From Phoronis australis (lineage: Eukaryota > Animalia > Phoronida), in contig NMRA01000244.1 in assembly GCA_002633005.1 (NCBI GenBank), positions 448,059-500,050 on the forward strand: a stretch of DNA of 51,992 nt, read 5' to 3'. A program made the position numbers and the translations under genes. Numbering within the stretch: position 1 is the stretch's first letter; each line of letters opens with the position of its first letter. Of the stretch, positions 36,701 to 49,548 are shown in pieces. The notes below the pieces were generated by a model. The model worked only from the letters and a program-made list of their open reading frames with translations, made no database searches and was not told the origin of the DNA.

Positions 36701-38777
36701 ACAAATGAACAAGCCAAATCAACAAAACATTTGCTTGAAACTGTTCTGAAGTAAGTGAAATTCGAATGCATGGCATGGTCGCGATCAAAGATTCTTTCGT
36801 GTGCTTGTAATGAGGTTCTATGTTAACGCAATGTTGGTGCCTTGTTCCAATGCACGATGCAACCGCACAGCATCTAGTGAACGTGGTCACCAACCGTGTG
36901 CCACAATCCATCTTATCCAGTATTTATTAAGCTTCCTCTTACCTGTAACAGTCTAACAGTGTGAACTTTCAAAATGCGGTGATTTGTCTGCCGCGCCTCC
37001 AGTGTATTGTGTGAGTGTTTAAATACTTCTCACTAGACAGCAGTTAAATGAGCGGAGTAGTTAAAAAAACAAGGCCCGGAGTACAAACGTAAGCAGTAAT
37101 ACCTATGCATGACCTACATAATCGTCTGACCCCGACTGCTTCTAAGCTACAGTCATTCATGACTGAATATTTATGAATACAATTGTTAGGCTTTCAGTTG
37201 ATAAATTCTTTCTCACGGCATACACAAAGTAGGACGACTCCAGTAATCATCAGCTTAAAAAGTCTTCCGTTTATTTTCAATTGCAGACGACACTAGAGCG
37301 GTTTCTAAATCAAGACTAAATTCAGATATCGATCTAGTTCACCATTTGACACATACAAGTGTTCCAGCGCTCTGCTGTCCGGCAACACGACTCGCAGGCC
37401 GATGATATCTTCCACGGCTCAAGCAGTCACCAAAACCACCCATCAACGGGTACCAGAGAATGAAATCCTAACAGATCTCATTTTGCCGGCTATTTTTATC
37501 ATATTTGTTTAAGTAAAAATGACCCTTTTAAGTTAGAACGAATTTAGGATTTCACTTTCAGAAGCTGCTGTCATCATGGATTTTAGTCCACAATATCAGT
37601 CAATATATTAGCATGATTGCCGTCGAGCTGTCTTTAAAATCGGTAATTGCTCTTCTCCGCACACCAGGACCTTTAAACGAGATTTTCTGACAAAGAGGGT
37701 CAGCTAGTTCAGTAATAGGACCTCGTTAAATAGCCAGACTTCGCGAGATTACATGAGATATTGCCCATTACGGCGTTTTCCAGTTGCTCCCAACTTGTTC
37801 GATTTTGTAGCACAAGAACACCCCTGTAGCCAATACCTTACACGACTGATTAACTCCATTTTTGCATTTATGGTTGGAGGACCAGTTCTCTTCTGTTCGA
37901 TCTGATCTCGGCCTGATTGGGCTGTGTTGCTAAGAATAAAAGTTAAGCTATAACATATTTGAACATAAACCAATAGCCTTTCTGAAATCCCCGTCAAATG
38001 GTGATCATGTTTAGTTTTTGAATTGCCAAAATCGCCCAACTACAACCGAAGTTACGACCGACAATCTATTCTTTCCGAATGTACGAATTTGCTCTGGGTT
38101 TGACTGTGTTCACATGTAGTCTGTAATAATCCTGGTAAATAATTGGCCGGCCTGTTGTCATACCAGACAAAAGACTATGCTTGGAAGTTAACAAAGAAGC
38201 TAGATGCTAGCACACGCTCACAACCCTTTACGTCTAATAAAGTCACTGAACGGAAAAACGTCGTCATGGTGTATTTTAAACCGCGAGAACACGTGATTTT
38301 GGCTAGATCTTAGCGAGGTCTTAGCGCAGGTCTTAATGTTACTTGATGAAGGCGGGACATGTGCAAGTTTATGGCGAAGCACAGTGTCCTAAAACGGCCG
38401 ATAATGCTATAGTCTTTTTAATTAGCGCTTGAGAATTGAGATAAACAATAGTTTGAGGGTAATGGCGGATGGTAGTGATTTTGTTAGACAGTGTCAACGC
38501 CTCTGCTAAGTAGAGGGGGTGGCACTGATATTGTAAGTCACGAAGACTTGGAGAGCTGTGAGCTTGACAACAGATAATAAGTTAAACCTCGCCATGTGGA
38601 CACACTACGTGTTTGAAGCGGCACGAACTCAACTCTCACGCATCAGCGTCTTCTGTGAATCAAGCCTACTCAGTCTGCGGACAGTGCTGATTTCAGAAGT
38701 GATAGTTCTGAGTGGAAATACCAGCATTTTATTGAGTCACCATTTAATCTTGTAACCCTTTTAGTGCTTGAGACCAG

Positions 38778-39190
38778 CGCTCGGTTGCATGAAACAGTCC
38801 CAGCTAAATTCCCTAAATCTACTGCGTATTGGGTGTGAAAACACTGATTGTCCTGTCTTGTGCTGTTTGAGAGTCATCACTATGCCAATTCTTGGATTTA
38901 ATACAAATCGAGAGTGAGATATACAAAAGTCATTTAATTGAAACTGTGTAGGGATCTTTTCATGCAAAGCCCCCAATTTAAGGACTAAGTCCCTAATTAT
39001 TTTGATTGAATTAAGGGCTCAGTTTTTAGTTAATCTATTAGAAAACTGTATTAGTCAAAGAAGAACTCATATAAAATAAAGATGAAATTGTAGAAAAATA
39101 TTACATCTGCGCCAAAAGAACGAAAAAAATAGGAAAAGGTTTAGGGAACTTAGCAGAGTCTCTATTTGGGACTGTTTCATGCAACCGGCC
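38778..39190. mobile_element. Harbinger-like MITE
   Basis: TIRs CGGTTGCATGAAACAGTCCCA / TGGGACTGTTTCATGCAACCG, with subterminal TTCCCTAAA / TTTAGGGAA. Confidence 0.75.
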
Positions 39191-42100
39191 AGTGGCATTA
39201 CAAATTGGCTTATCGCGACATGCTATTTTATGCAAGGAGCAAGGTCTCAAGAAATAACGAAATGACAGTTCTTTGCAAGCCACGAAATTGCCTCTCATCT
39301 GAGTATGGAACAAGTTAAGGCCAATTTGTCTAAAACCAACGTTCGCTTCCTTCACGGAACTCAGGTGTAAAACCGCTTTAAGGTTGTCAAGTTCAAGGAC
39401 TGTGAAATTGATGCTTTAGGTTCCGTGGAGACCCTGAAACCCAAGTGTGTTTACATTCTCAAAAAACGTTCAAGTTTATTTTACAACGCCAATAATGATG
39501 ATGACCAGGCCCCGGGTTTTATTTTTGTACACGAAATCAAAATCAAAATTATTTTGGATATTTTAGGTTCTATTTTTTGTGCGAACTCAAGATAATTGTA
39601 TATTATTCAGGGCTAGAGTAGACTTATTTGGAAGCTGAAGAGGGTAGTGTCTAGAATGTTGAATGTTGTGTCTACAGCACAGCTTTTTGAATCTTTCTGC
39701 GCGCTTTATACGATGTAATACATTTCGTCATGTTGCTTTGTGAAAAAATCATGCAAACAATATCATTAATGTTTGTAATTGGCAAAAAATACAGTCCAAA
39801 CTCTCTGCATCATCTGCTTCAATTCCAGTTAATTTATCGGAAAGTATATTATTGAATTCTATACTGATTTAGATAATCACGTCATTAAGCACGCAGCTCA
39901 CCTGCTATCGTATTTTGTTTTATGCTTGCATGGCATTCATTAAAATGGTATAATCGGCTTCTCGCAAAATCCCTGCGAACTCACAAGTGAACTCTGTTAT
40001 TGTACTACACTCCGTTATCAAAAGTTAGTTCCCCATGGTGGTTTAGCTGACTCTGACTTACCTACCCTGGTGGTACGAGGGCAAAACGCGTCAACAAGGC
40101 AGTTTTCCATGAATATGTTCAACAGGGCATTTCATTTTAGTTAGATAATAAATCTCAGTGGTAATTTTCAGTGAGAGCGGCAGTAATTTCACATACCCAG
40201 AGAAATCATTTGCATCTGGAGCATGACCAGTGAGCTAGGTTAAGTAGAACTACTGCGAACATCTTTGTCATTCTTGAATTACGTTCTGGCAACACACTCG
40301 GTCGATCCCGTCCCGTTCTCTTACGCAGTTCTCCTACATTTTACCCTCAATTTCATTGTTTGTCGCAAAATTACGATGGCATAGCGACACGATGTGGCGT
40401 TTTTGATAAACACTGTCTTAAAATTAACCCCTTTCCTAACTAAAATAGGGAACTTATACCCAGCAGGTTTATAATTCCCCAAAAACCTCCATTTTCTCTT
40501 TCCAAAGAAATCAAACACAACTGATCAAACTAAACAGCAACTAACAAGGCAACACAGCTAAGAAAAAAGCCCACATTGCGCATGTGAACTGGTGGTGCAA
40601 CGTGGTCTATGGCATCTTTTTCCCAGTTAACCTCGCTGCGGTGACGATATATATCAGGTGTCCTCCAAAAAGTGAGCCACTTTTTGACAAGTAAATTCTT
40701 AGCAACAGATAAATTTCTTACAGATGAACGTTAGGCTATCATCATCAAACGTACAAAATATCAACGAGATCTGTGTCCAATGGTGTGACAACTGTCAGAG
40801 TTAAAAGCATAAGGTCAAAAAACAAAATATCAAAGTGAATGCACGAAGACAGCTGAATTTTCCTTTTTTCCATTAAGTTGAGTGTGTTTCACGATGACAC
40901 CAATATTTCACATTATCCAGTTAGCTTTTAACTGCTTGTGTACTCCATGTGCAATTGCCAAACAACAGGGGGAGCGCACCATAATTGTCAGGTACTTGGG
41001 ACCCTGTTGAGAGACCTCGGAAACAAACGTATTTACGGTAGCCATTACTGTGTATATGATTAGCTTATTTTCCTTCAAGTTATGACATAGTTTCAGCCGT
41101 TGTGCCCAACATATCGTCTTTACAGCTAACATGTACCTGCTGCTCATTCGTGACAACCGTGTCGCGTAATTTTATTTTTGTAGCTGTGTTCTGTTTTTGG
41201 TCTAAGCGTCATGGCTTCATGCAGGGCAATCTATCGGAGGATGGGGCTATTTGTGAGAGTGCTTTCTATAACGTGTAGGCACGGAGTGCAGGCAACCTTA
41301 TTATTTATGTGTGTGAACTGTTTGCCCAGTGCGGGTCTCCTGACAAGTCCAATACGCATACTATAGAGCCCAATCTCTTGATAGAAATTAAATTTCGTTC
41401 TACTTGAATGGGCAATGTTTCTAAATGTATTTGTTATAGTCTCATTATCAAAAATACTGGGAGAATAGGCCTTACCACGAGGATCAGTTTTCATTTGTTT
41501 TCTATCCTGTGTTAAGAACAACATCGATGTTGTAGTCTTTGAAATCCATGATGTGCTTGTGGATGTGCTTGTATTGTTTTTGTTCTGTTTCGTGTGTATG
41601 TGATGCGAATGGGTCAGGATTGTACCTCTGTGTCTTTCGTCATTTGATTGTCATTTGATATATGTGCATAACCGTTATAATGATGACACATGAACTTAAA
41701 GTAACCTCATTGAATTGCAGAGGGCTGGGTATCCATGAAAATAGAAAGGATGTTCTCAATTATTTAGGAAAAACAGTACTCCATTTGTTGCCTTCAGGAC
41801 ACACACTTTTCTAAGGAAGAAGAAAACAATATTAGATCAATGTGGGGATATGGATGTTTTTTCAATTCAAATACCTCAAACTACCGTGGAGTGGCGTTCC
41901 TCTTTAAGAACAGTTTGAGTATTAATTGCATAGCATTAGGCAAGAATACGATGGTAATAAATTAATTTTAGATATTACTATTAATGGGACAAGAATAACA
42001 TTAAATAATACGTATTGTCCAAATAGGGAGTCGTCGTCTTTTTTTGAAAGAATAAAACAAGATATTTAAGTTATAGAAAATTACTCTGTTATTTGGGCAG

Positions 42101-42615
42101 GCGATTTTAATCTTGCTCTCGATCAGTCTAAGGACACGCTTAATTATCGACAGATTAATAACCCGAAGTCACGGATTGAGTTGATGGAGATTTGTACAGA
42201 ATTTTCTATCGCTGATGTGTGGCGGGAACCAAACCCCAATAGTAAAGAATACATTTGGGGAGCTGGAAGTAAACGATCCTCACTTGATTTTTTTCTAATA
42301 TGTGAAAAAATCTTTTAGCCGACATTCATGATTCCATAATAGAATTAGGTTGCAGGTCCGATCATTCAATAGTAACGGTTTTAAACGTGGTGGTTCCAGG
42401 AGGAGGAAATCATTTTGAAAGTTTAATAACTCTCTCTTAAAAACTATGAGTATATTGCTGCGGTCAAGGCTACTATTAAATTAGTTAAACAACAGTATAT
42501 GACTGACGACATTCAGACAGTTGTACAAGTAATTCAGATTTACAATTGTCTATAAGCGATCATTTTTTTTTCTTGAAACGTTGTTGATGGAGGTTCGAGG
42601 CAAAACAATTTTTTT

Positions 42616-43771
42616 AATGTTGAAGAAAACTTACTTAATTCTAAGTTTCCCGCCAAATAATGCAATGGGTGGAAGACGGTTGGCCGCTTGACAATCATTT
42701 GCTAGGTCGGAACAGTGCAGGTCAGAAAACAAGGACGATATTGGGCGAGCATTGGTCAATTATTATGCGGACAGAGAGGAAAGAGGATACGGGCATCATA
42801 TTCAAGTACTTGAAGAATCAGACAATGAATTCGATTTCCCATTTTAACGAACTTTCGTCGCCTTTGAAGCCGTATGAACTCGACCCACTTGCACGAGAAA
42901 TGCTGCAGACATATATTAGCCACAACCAACTCTACCAAATGGTGGTCACTACTCACAAAATAGACACTTAATAATTATTGGCAAAAGCCACAGCCAACCT
43001 GGGTTACTCGTATTCACTTTTGTCATGATGGAATGAGCACAGTCTAAACACAATATGCATAAGCCTACTTGTAGTAGCACTCCATCTGGGTCGGAGTCCA
43101 GGGCCTGGCATCACTCGCCCTAGAATGGAAGCAGTTTGTTCGTTATTTACAAAATTTGCAAATGCACTTACTTGGTGGTCAGTCCTTCATTGTAACGCCG
43201 CTTATGTGTGCGATCGAAACACGAATCTTTGAAATGTGCCCATCAAAGTGTGGCTTCCGCCGGACTGAATCGCATGTTCCACACTGACACTCCACGCTCT
43301 TGCTCGGCGCACAATCATGGGCGGCGCATCAATGACTAAAGCCACCCCAGCCCCCCTGTGGTGCACCACCTATAGACCAGGGGCGGCTTAGCACTGAAAA
43401 AGTGGGGGGCCATTGCCCTCCCCCAGCCTATGACAAACCGATGCCATTTCTGTGCAACTTTCACGTATTTAGGAAATTTGAACACAGAGACGTTCTCAGT
43501 CAAGTTGTTGTTACCAAAGTTTCCACAAACGCACCTTTTCATGTCTGAAAAAGGCGGCTCTCCGCGGACTTTCTTCACAACTCCTCAGTATCGCACTGTT
43601 AAAACAGCAACTGCGGAGCGGGTCTTCCACCCATTGCGTACAAACCCGATAACAGAATAACATATTTTTAAAATTTTTGGCTTGTTTCGTAGCAACAGGT
43701 GTACTAAAGGCTATTAAATCTGTTAACATGTAGTAATAAATTTCCTTTTGAGACACAGTGGTGGGAACTCT
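42616..43771 (-). mobile_element. Truncated Kolobok-like DNA transposon with interrupted THAP domain, inserted in the LINE
   Basis: The right end is ...GGTGGGAACTCT|TTAA. The minus strand reads MKRCVCGNFGNNNLTENVSVFKFPKYVKVAQKWHRFV and later AHFKDSCF (THAP FP, W and HF motifs), split by small GC-rich MITE-like sequence at ~43337-43428. The left terminus was not found. Confidence 0.7.
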
Positions 43772-44382
43772 TTAAAAAGAAAAAGTGATAGAGCTGAACA
43801 TCAACATATCAAAGAAATAAGCTTATTGGAAAAAAGTCTAAGCCTTAGTAGGGATAACTGGAACAAAAAATAATTAACTTAACGAGCTAAGAAAAAGTAA
43901 GTTAAAAGGTCTTATGACTACGTCGAGTAAGATGGATTGAAGAGGGTGAAAAACCTTCGAAATATTTTCCTCACTTGGAAGCATTACACAAGCAAGTTCA
44001 TGTTTTTTGTGGAAATCTGACAATACTAAAACCAATAGTGAAGAAGAAGTTATTAAGGAAACCAAAACTTTTTATGAAAATCTATACAAATATAGACATT
44101 GTAACAATACTGCCTTAAAAACTCTTCTTGATAAGGTTTGTGCCTCCAAACTCAATGAGACAGAAAAAGAAAAATATAGAAAGTCTTCTTACTTATGAAG
44201 AAGTCATACAATGCTTGAAAAAATTATGAACAACAAGAGACCAAGCTCCGATGTTTTATTAGTGGAAGTTTTAAATTTTTTTGGGCTGACGTTGGACATT
44301 TCGTTATTCGCTTACTTAATACTGGTTTTGCTGTTGGCCAGTTATCATCAACACAGAAAGAAGGAGTGATTACCTGCATCCT

Positions 44383-44550
44383 TAAAGGAGCAGATAAAAG
44401 TAATTATTATTTCGAAAACTGGAGACATATATCCTTACTCAATGTGACATATAAATTGACTTCTTCTAAAGGAGCAGATAAAAGTAATTATTATTTCGAA
44501 AACTGGAGACCCATATCCTTACTCAATGTGACATATAAATTGACTTCTTC
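44383..44550 (+). repeat. 84-bp in-frame tandem duplication within the LINE RT region
   Basis: KGADKSNYYFENWR(H/P)ISLLNVTYKLTSS is encoded twice (starts 44383 and 44467). Confidence 0.92.
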
Positions 44551-44793
44551 GGCTGTGGCTGAACGGTTAAAATTCGTTTTGGGAAAACTAATCATTAAGG
44601 GCCAGACAGGTTTCGTTTCTGGGAGAAATATGAACGAAAATATTCGCGTCCTATATAATTCAATGTTTTATCCCCAGGCAACTAACAAACCAAGATTGCT
44701 TTTACTGATTAATTTTGAAAAAGCTTTTGATTCATTGTCGTAATTGTTTTGGTCGATCAGAAGGTGGGTTAAAGACTTTTACAGTAATATTAA

Positions 44794-46964
44794 AGTCCTT
44801 GTCTCAAAATGCCAATGTGGTTCCAGTATCCGAAAATATCTACTAAATAAAATCTTATTTTCGCTACCCTTTCTTTACATTTTTTTCGCCTTTTGTGCCA
44901 AAAGCGATTTTTAACAGTATTGGACCATTCTTTGTGAGCGTATAATCACCGGCTGTCATCGGTTATTTCCGTACCCACATTTCCGGCTCGTCAGTTCAGG
45001 AACTTATCCTGAACGCCGCCATTTTTTAATTGTAACTGAATGTGCTAGCCTATCGTTTGCTCGAAAAGTCTTCATTATTTTTTTTTATTAGTAATATCTC
45101 ATGATTCGTTTGTATATGTAGTGTATTTATAATTTGTAGTTAGTGGTCGTTGAATTTTTTTGGAATATTACGCGTACTTATTATGTTAAAATAGCACTGG
45201 TGTTTAGTTCCTTACGTAGGGCGATATAACCTAGGAACCAATATGAGTCGAACCAATTTTTTCGTTTTGATTTTTTTTTCGTTTTGAAAAAGTACTTTGC
45301 TATCATCGGGAAGGTAGTGCATTCAACTCGGTAAAAATCGAAAATGTATCAAAATCGGGGCAAGCATGGTAAAATTATTGCAATATTTGTGGCGAAATTT
45401 GGGTCACTTTGTTTGGATCGCGTCGGCCATATTGGAGGACAGCGGGATAAGCTACGAGTTTAAAACTTTGTGTTTAAATTGTTTTCGCCAACAATTTACG
45501 GTGAAATGTTGTGAGACATATCTTTACTTACTATTCTGTACGATTCAACAGTTTTCACCAAATTTCAGCCTCGCAGCTGTTACTTATTAAGTGATAAATG
45601 TACTCACAATTCCCGTTGAACTGGCAGCACCAACAACAAGGTGACTTTTGATGAACTGGAACGCATGTTCAACCTGTTACTTTGTAATTTGTGAAGATTT
45701 AACGTTGATACATTTTGACAAATGCTGCTACAAAAAGGAACTTTGTTCAGTTTTTTTTTGGTGCAAAATATAAGATATATCCGACTTATTTAACTGTGAA
45801 TTTTCCATTCAGGTGATCTTACACTAAGCTAAAAATTAGTTGAAATAATTTTGAAATGGTTTTTGTTTGACTGTCAACTGCTGTTCAAGGCTTGATTCGG
45901 TGTCACAAAATGATTCATATTTTTCTAAATTTCTAAATATTAAGTCTAAATTGCTTTCAAGTCTTGTTTTGTAACTTATTGCTTCTTAATTCAGGTTACC
46001 AAGTCAACAATATGAAAAATCTTAATTTGAGAAATAAGCTGTGTTAGGTTGTGAAGCTTCAAGCCTCCAATTCTTGTTCCTTGCAACTTCATATTTTTTA
46101 AATCATGCTTATCAAATTCTGGTGTAAGGAAGCACTATTCGGTCGCCATGGTAATAGTTACATGTATGTCCAGTTTCATATCATGAAAACTTTTGCTGTT
46201 GGATAGTGTTTGTAATGCGAAATATTGTATTGTGCATTTTAAGTTTAGCCAACAACTTTGCATAGTTCGCCAGAAGACCCCAAGTTCTAAATAAACCTCG
46301 TTTGAGCGAGTACTGTGGCCAGCGACCAGGTAGGCCTAAGGGTAGCCTTGGCGCAATGCTGTACAGGCCTACTAACAAGCTGTACTTTGAAGATAGTCTT
46401 CACACTGGTATTCCTGGCACTGAGGCTGGCTAAGCCAAGGGCTGTCGCGGCAGTGTGACACAAGACTAACCAGCCCGTGATTTTATTCAAGTGTCTGAAA
46501 CTACCTTTGAATATATACGGCATTTATGATCTGAACATTTTACTTGGCTGAAACAGCTTGCAAAATGCCTTTACCGTTCGCCAGTGTCTCGATCCTCACC
46601 GGTTCCGATAGGCTGCGGTCCCGAGTCCTGCAAAATAATTTCTGTCAAAATTTATTCGCCACATTTCTTCAGCAAATTCGATAAAATTGTCCGTATTTTA
46701 ATTTCAATAAAATGAAGGCGCGTTGTCGATTGTTTTATCCTCGTTTGCAGGTTGGTAACAGGCACTGCTCCAGTCGCGCTTCCGGGTTCGCGGTAAGTTC
46801 AAAATGGGGGTGTGTTCTTCGGGTGCGAATCGTATAGTGGCGCGTTTAACTAAGCTTCATTCGATTACGGATTGTGTATTAGTTATGGGGTAGGTACTTC
46901 TTGGATCCTTATAACATCCTCTAACCATGTAATAAGGGTTTTAATAACGTGTGAGACCAGGACT
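44794..46964. mobile_element. Complete non-autonomous Kolobok-type element (2171 bp) inserted in the LINE
   Basis: TTAA TSD at 44790-44793 and 46965-46968. The 13-bp TIRs are AGTCCTTGTCTCA / TGAGACCAGGACT. Removing the element restores the RT reading YSNINSCVV. Confidence 0.85.
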
Positions 46965-47671
46965 TTAACTCGTGTGTTGTAAAAGTTCACCCATCTTCCT
47001 GGTTCAATACTTCGCGTGGCTGCAGACAAGGTGACCCTTTGTCTCCCTACATTTTCATATTGTGCGCGGAGATTTTGGCGTATTCAATCAAGCATCATAA
47101 AAATATTGCTGGTGCAGTTGCAATAAATAAGGTATATTTGATTTCACAATTTACGGACGAAGCATCAATTACTTTGGATGAGTCGAATTTGTCATTGACT
47201 AGCACATTGAATCTACTACATTGGTTTGCTACAGCATCTCCGGTCTTTAGGTGAATGTGGATAAAACAAAAGCCATAAGGTTTGGAAGTAAAACTGGTAG
47301 TTATGACATGATTCCTACAAACGAAAATCTGTCTTGGACAAAAAAGTCTGTTAGATTTGGTGATGGATCTTGACACTCAATTAGATGGTATGACGCATAA
47401 GAACTTCACTGCAAGAATAACTGAGATTAAGTCTTTATTAAAAAGTTTGAGTCAACGAAATTTAACGCCGTTTGGTAGAGCAACTGTAATTAAAACATTA
47501 GCTATTTCTAATCTTAATTTTTTGTTGTCAAGTTGTCAAGTCTTGGATGAATTGAATGCGACATTTTTAGGTTTGTATGGCAGGCTCGTAATGATAAAAA
47601 ACGATTTACGGCCTATTTAGGACTCGATTAAGTGGGATTACAAATGGTTAATATGCATACTTTCAGCTCGC

Positions 47672-48379
47672 TTATTTCAGTCTATGCTCAAGGTGGCCTC
47701 CATCCTCCTCCTTACTGCAAGGTACAGCTTTTTCCAACCAGAAATGCTTTTCCGTATTTCTTGCATCGAGATTTCCTCCTATGATATAATCATCCTTCTT
47801 TTAACTCATGCTCAGCCAATTTGCGTCTCATTCGCCCGGTACACGTTCTCCTGTAAGATGTCCCGTATAGTATAGCCTATTGGATTGCAGTCAGGTATGG
47901 CCTCCTCAAGATGAGCCCTGGTTATCTTACCCGTGTGTGACGGACCCCGTAATTGTTTCCTGCAATCGGAGATTTTTATCCACTAACTGCATGTAGCGTT
48001 TGTTGTTAATTTTGGCTGTATCAGTGTCAATAACGTTAGTATTTGTTTTTCCTTTCCTAGATATTCCAGCGGATACCATTTCTTTTGGAAGTCTCATGAT
48101 ATAGTGGATAAGACTCGTATTTCTCGTTTGTGTTTCCCATCAACACGATCGTTTTGGTAATGTTTGGCGATTTCTGGCTGTCATGAAATAGTGGCATCGA
48201 GTTTTTCTTTTCCTTCTAACATTTTTATCTCTCCATGATACCCACATTCTTTTGAATGGTATTAACTCCTGTTTTTTCGCCATTCTTTGCACAGCGGATT
48301 TCCTCACTTATAAATCACTTGCGACTTTCTCCTTGACACAGGTTTCAATTGTAAATTGATCACTTCTACTCAAAGGCAT
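47672..48379 (-). pseudogene. Tc1/mariner-family transposase pseudogene (internally deleted)
   Basis: Fragments MPLSRSDQFTIETCVKEK, IDTDTAKINNKRYMQLV, GPSHT, DCNPIGYTI.DILQENVY, EEISMQEIRKSISGWKK and DGGHLEHRLK* are read across frameshifts. Confidence 0.8.
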
Positions 48380-49314
48380 CCTTACGAACCTGAAAATTAG
48401 ACAGAACTAATTTGGGTACAGATCCGACAATAAAGAAACAGTAGAATTGAAACCCGGGAAGGCAATTTTTTACTGTCAGATGCCAGCCCAGCATGAACAC
48501 TGAAAGTCACAGTGATATAGCAATTTTGACCCCGCTTTTCTAAATTTCACAATACTTCCATAATTTTCTCTGATATACTTTGTAGATTTGTTGATGACAC
48601 CCTGCCATATTGCGGAAAATTTGAAAAAATTCGGTTTGTCATTTGCTTAGGAAATACTTGTCAAAGTGTGGCTCACTGTTTGGGACAACTGATATATTGC
48701 CTATTGCATTGAAAATAATATGGTGTCAGTCAAATACTGCTCAGGAAATCTGACCACCTTCTTATAGAGAGTTAAGACTGATCACTATTGTAAAATATTC
48801 TGTCATCCCTTCTACATCATGATAATTTGCATCAGTTTTGGACTTTCTATCGCGTGGGACAATGTGTGTGTCCCTAGTTTTTAAGTGATGTTCCCACATT
48901 TTATAAATTCGGTCGCATTGTCCCACTTTTGACACTTTATTGAGCGATTACCAATACCCTTAACTGATCTCTTGATTATCAACTGTCATCGGACCTACTG
49001 TGCACCTCGAACATCGATGAATAGTTGATTTTGATCTGACATCCATCCACACTTCGACTAGACATTCCCTGCTACAGTAACTGAAATTCAGCCAGCTTAC
49101 GGGTATGTGAATAAAAAAAAATGCCGTACCGCTGTTACGAAACAGAACGATGTCCATTATAGGTCGAAATAAATGATAAATAAATTAAAATGTTCTTAAA
49201 TACAATTTCCGGGGCTACCGCTAGACTAGTGATGGGATAAAGCAGATGCTGGGACAAAGGCGGCGAGATCAGTGAAACTCCGGAGTCAAAATCATATAGG
49301 CCTTCACTATAGAC

Positions 49315-49548
49315 ACCAAACTGAAAAGCATGTCTTGCAACAAATATGTTTGTGATTAACCTCCGCGTAATCCAACAAGATTGTCAAGTTTAGCTGGTCG
49401 TGTGGTCGTCCACCCAGTCTGATCCATCGTTTGCACATTCGACAAAACTTTTCGGCTTTGGTAATGTCCAAAAAGTGAGAGATATTCTTCTGGAGCTGTA
49501 TAGCCGCTGCAAGAATTACACACGCCATATCAACACCGTTTCACTATT
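49315..49548 (-). pseudogene. Degenerate THAP-domain exon of a DNA transposon
   Basis: VKRC*YGVCNS, then (frameshifted) CKRWIRLGGRPHDQLN...HICCK. This resembles transposon THAP domains of the MVKRC..G.CNSD...WI..CGRPH..LN type. Confidence 0.65.

Larger units (their letters stand above)
41690..47665 (+). mobile_element. Decayed Tx1-clade non-LTR retrotransposon ORF2 (APE endonuclease + RT), in three pieces: 41690-42615, 43771-44793, 46965-47665
   Basis: Motifs in order: LKVTSLNCRGLG, LQDTHF, WAGDFNL, SDHS, EGEKPSKYF, NWRPISLLNVTYK, QTGFVSGR, FEKAFDSL, GCRQGDPLSPYIFILCAEILA, SQFTDE (degenerate F/YADD) and NLTPFGRATVIKTLAIS. There are many stops and frameshifts. Confidence 0.92.
40652..48694 (-). 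mobile_element. Old Tc1/mariner element ends enclosing nested insertions
   Basis: TA-flanked diverged inverted ends: TATCAGGTGTCCTCCAAAAAGTGAGCCACTTTTTGACAAGTA vs TACTTGTCAAAGTGTGGCTCACTGTTTGGGACAACTGATA. A transposase remnant lies next to the right end. Confidence 0.65.

Noticed and set aside
34800-38700. Scattered short ORFs and possible splice sites as a hidden gene
   Set aside because: I could not join them into a consistent frame or recognise a domain. Exons of a long or non-coding gene cannot be excluded.
44366-44743. Functional reverse transcriptase ORF
   Set aside because: A fragment of a decayed Tx1 LINE with stops, frameshifts, insertions and a mutated catalytic motif (FTDE).
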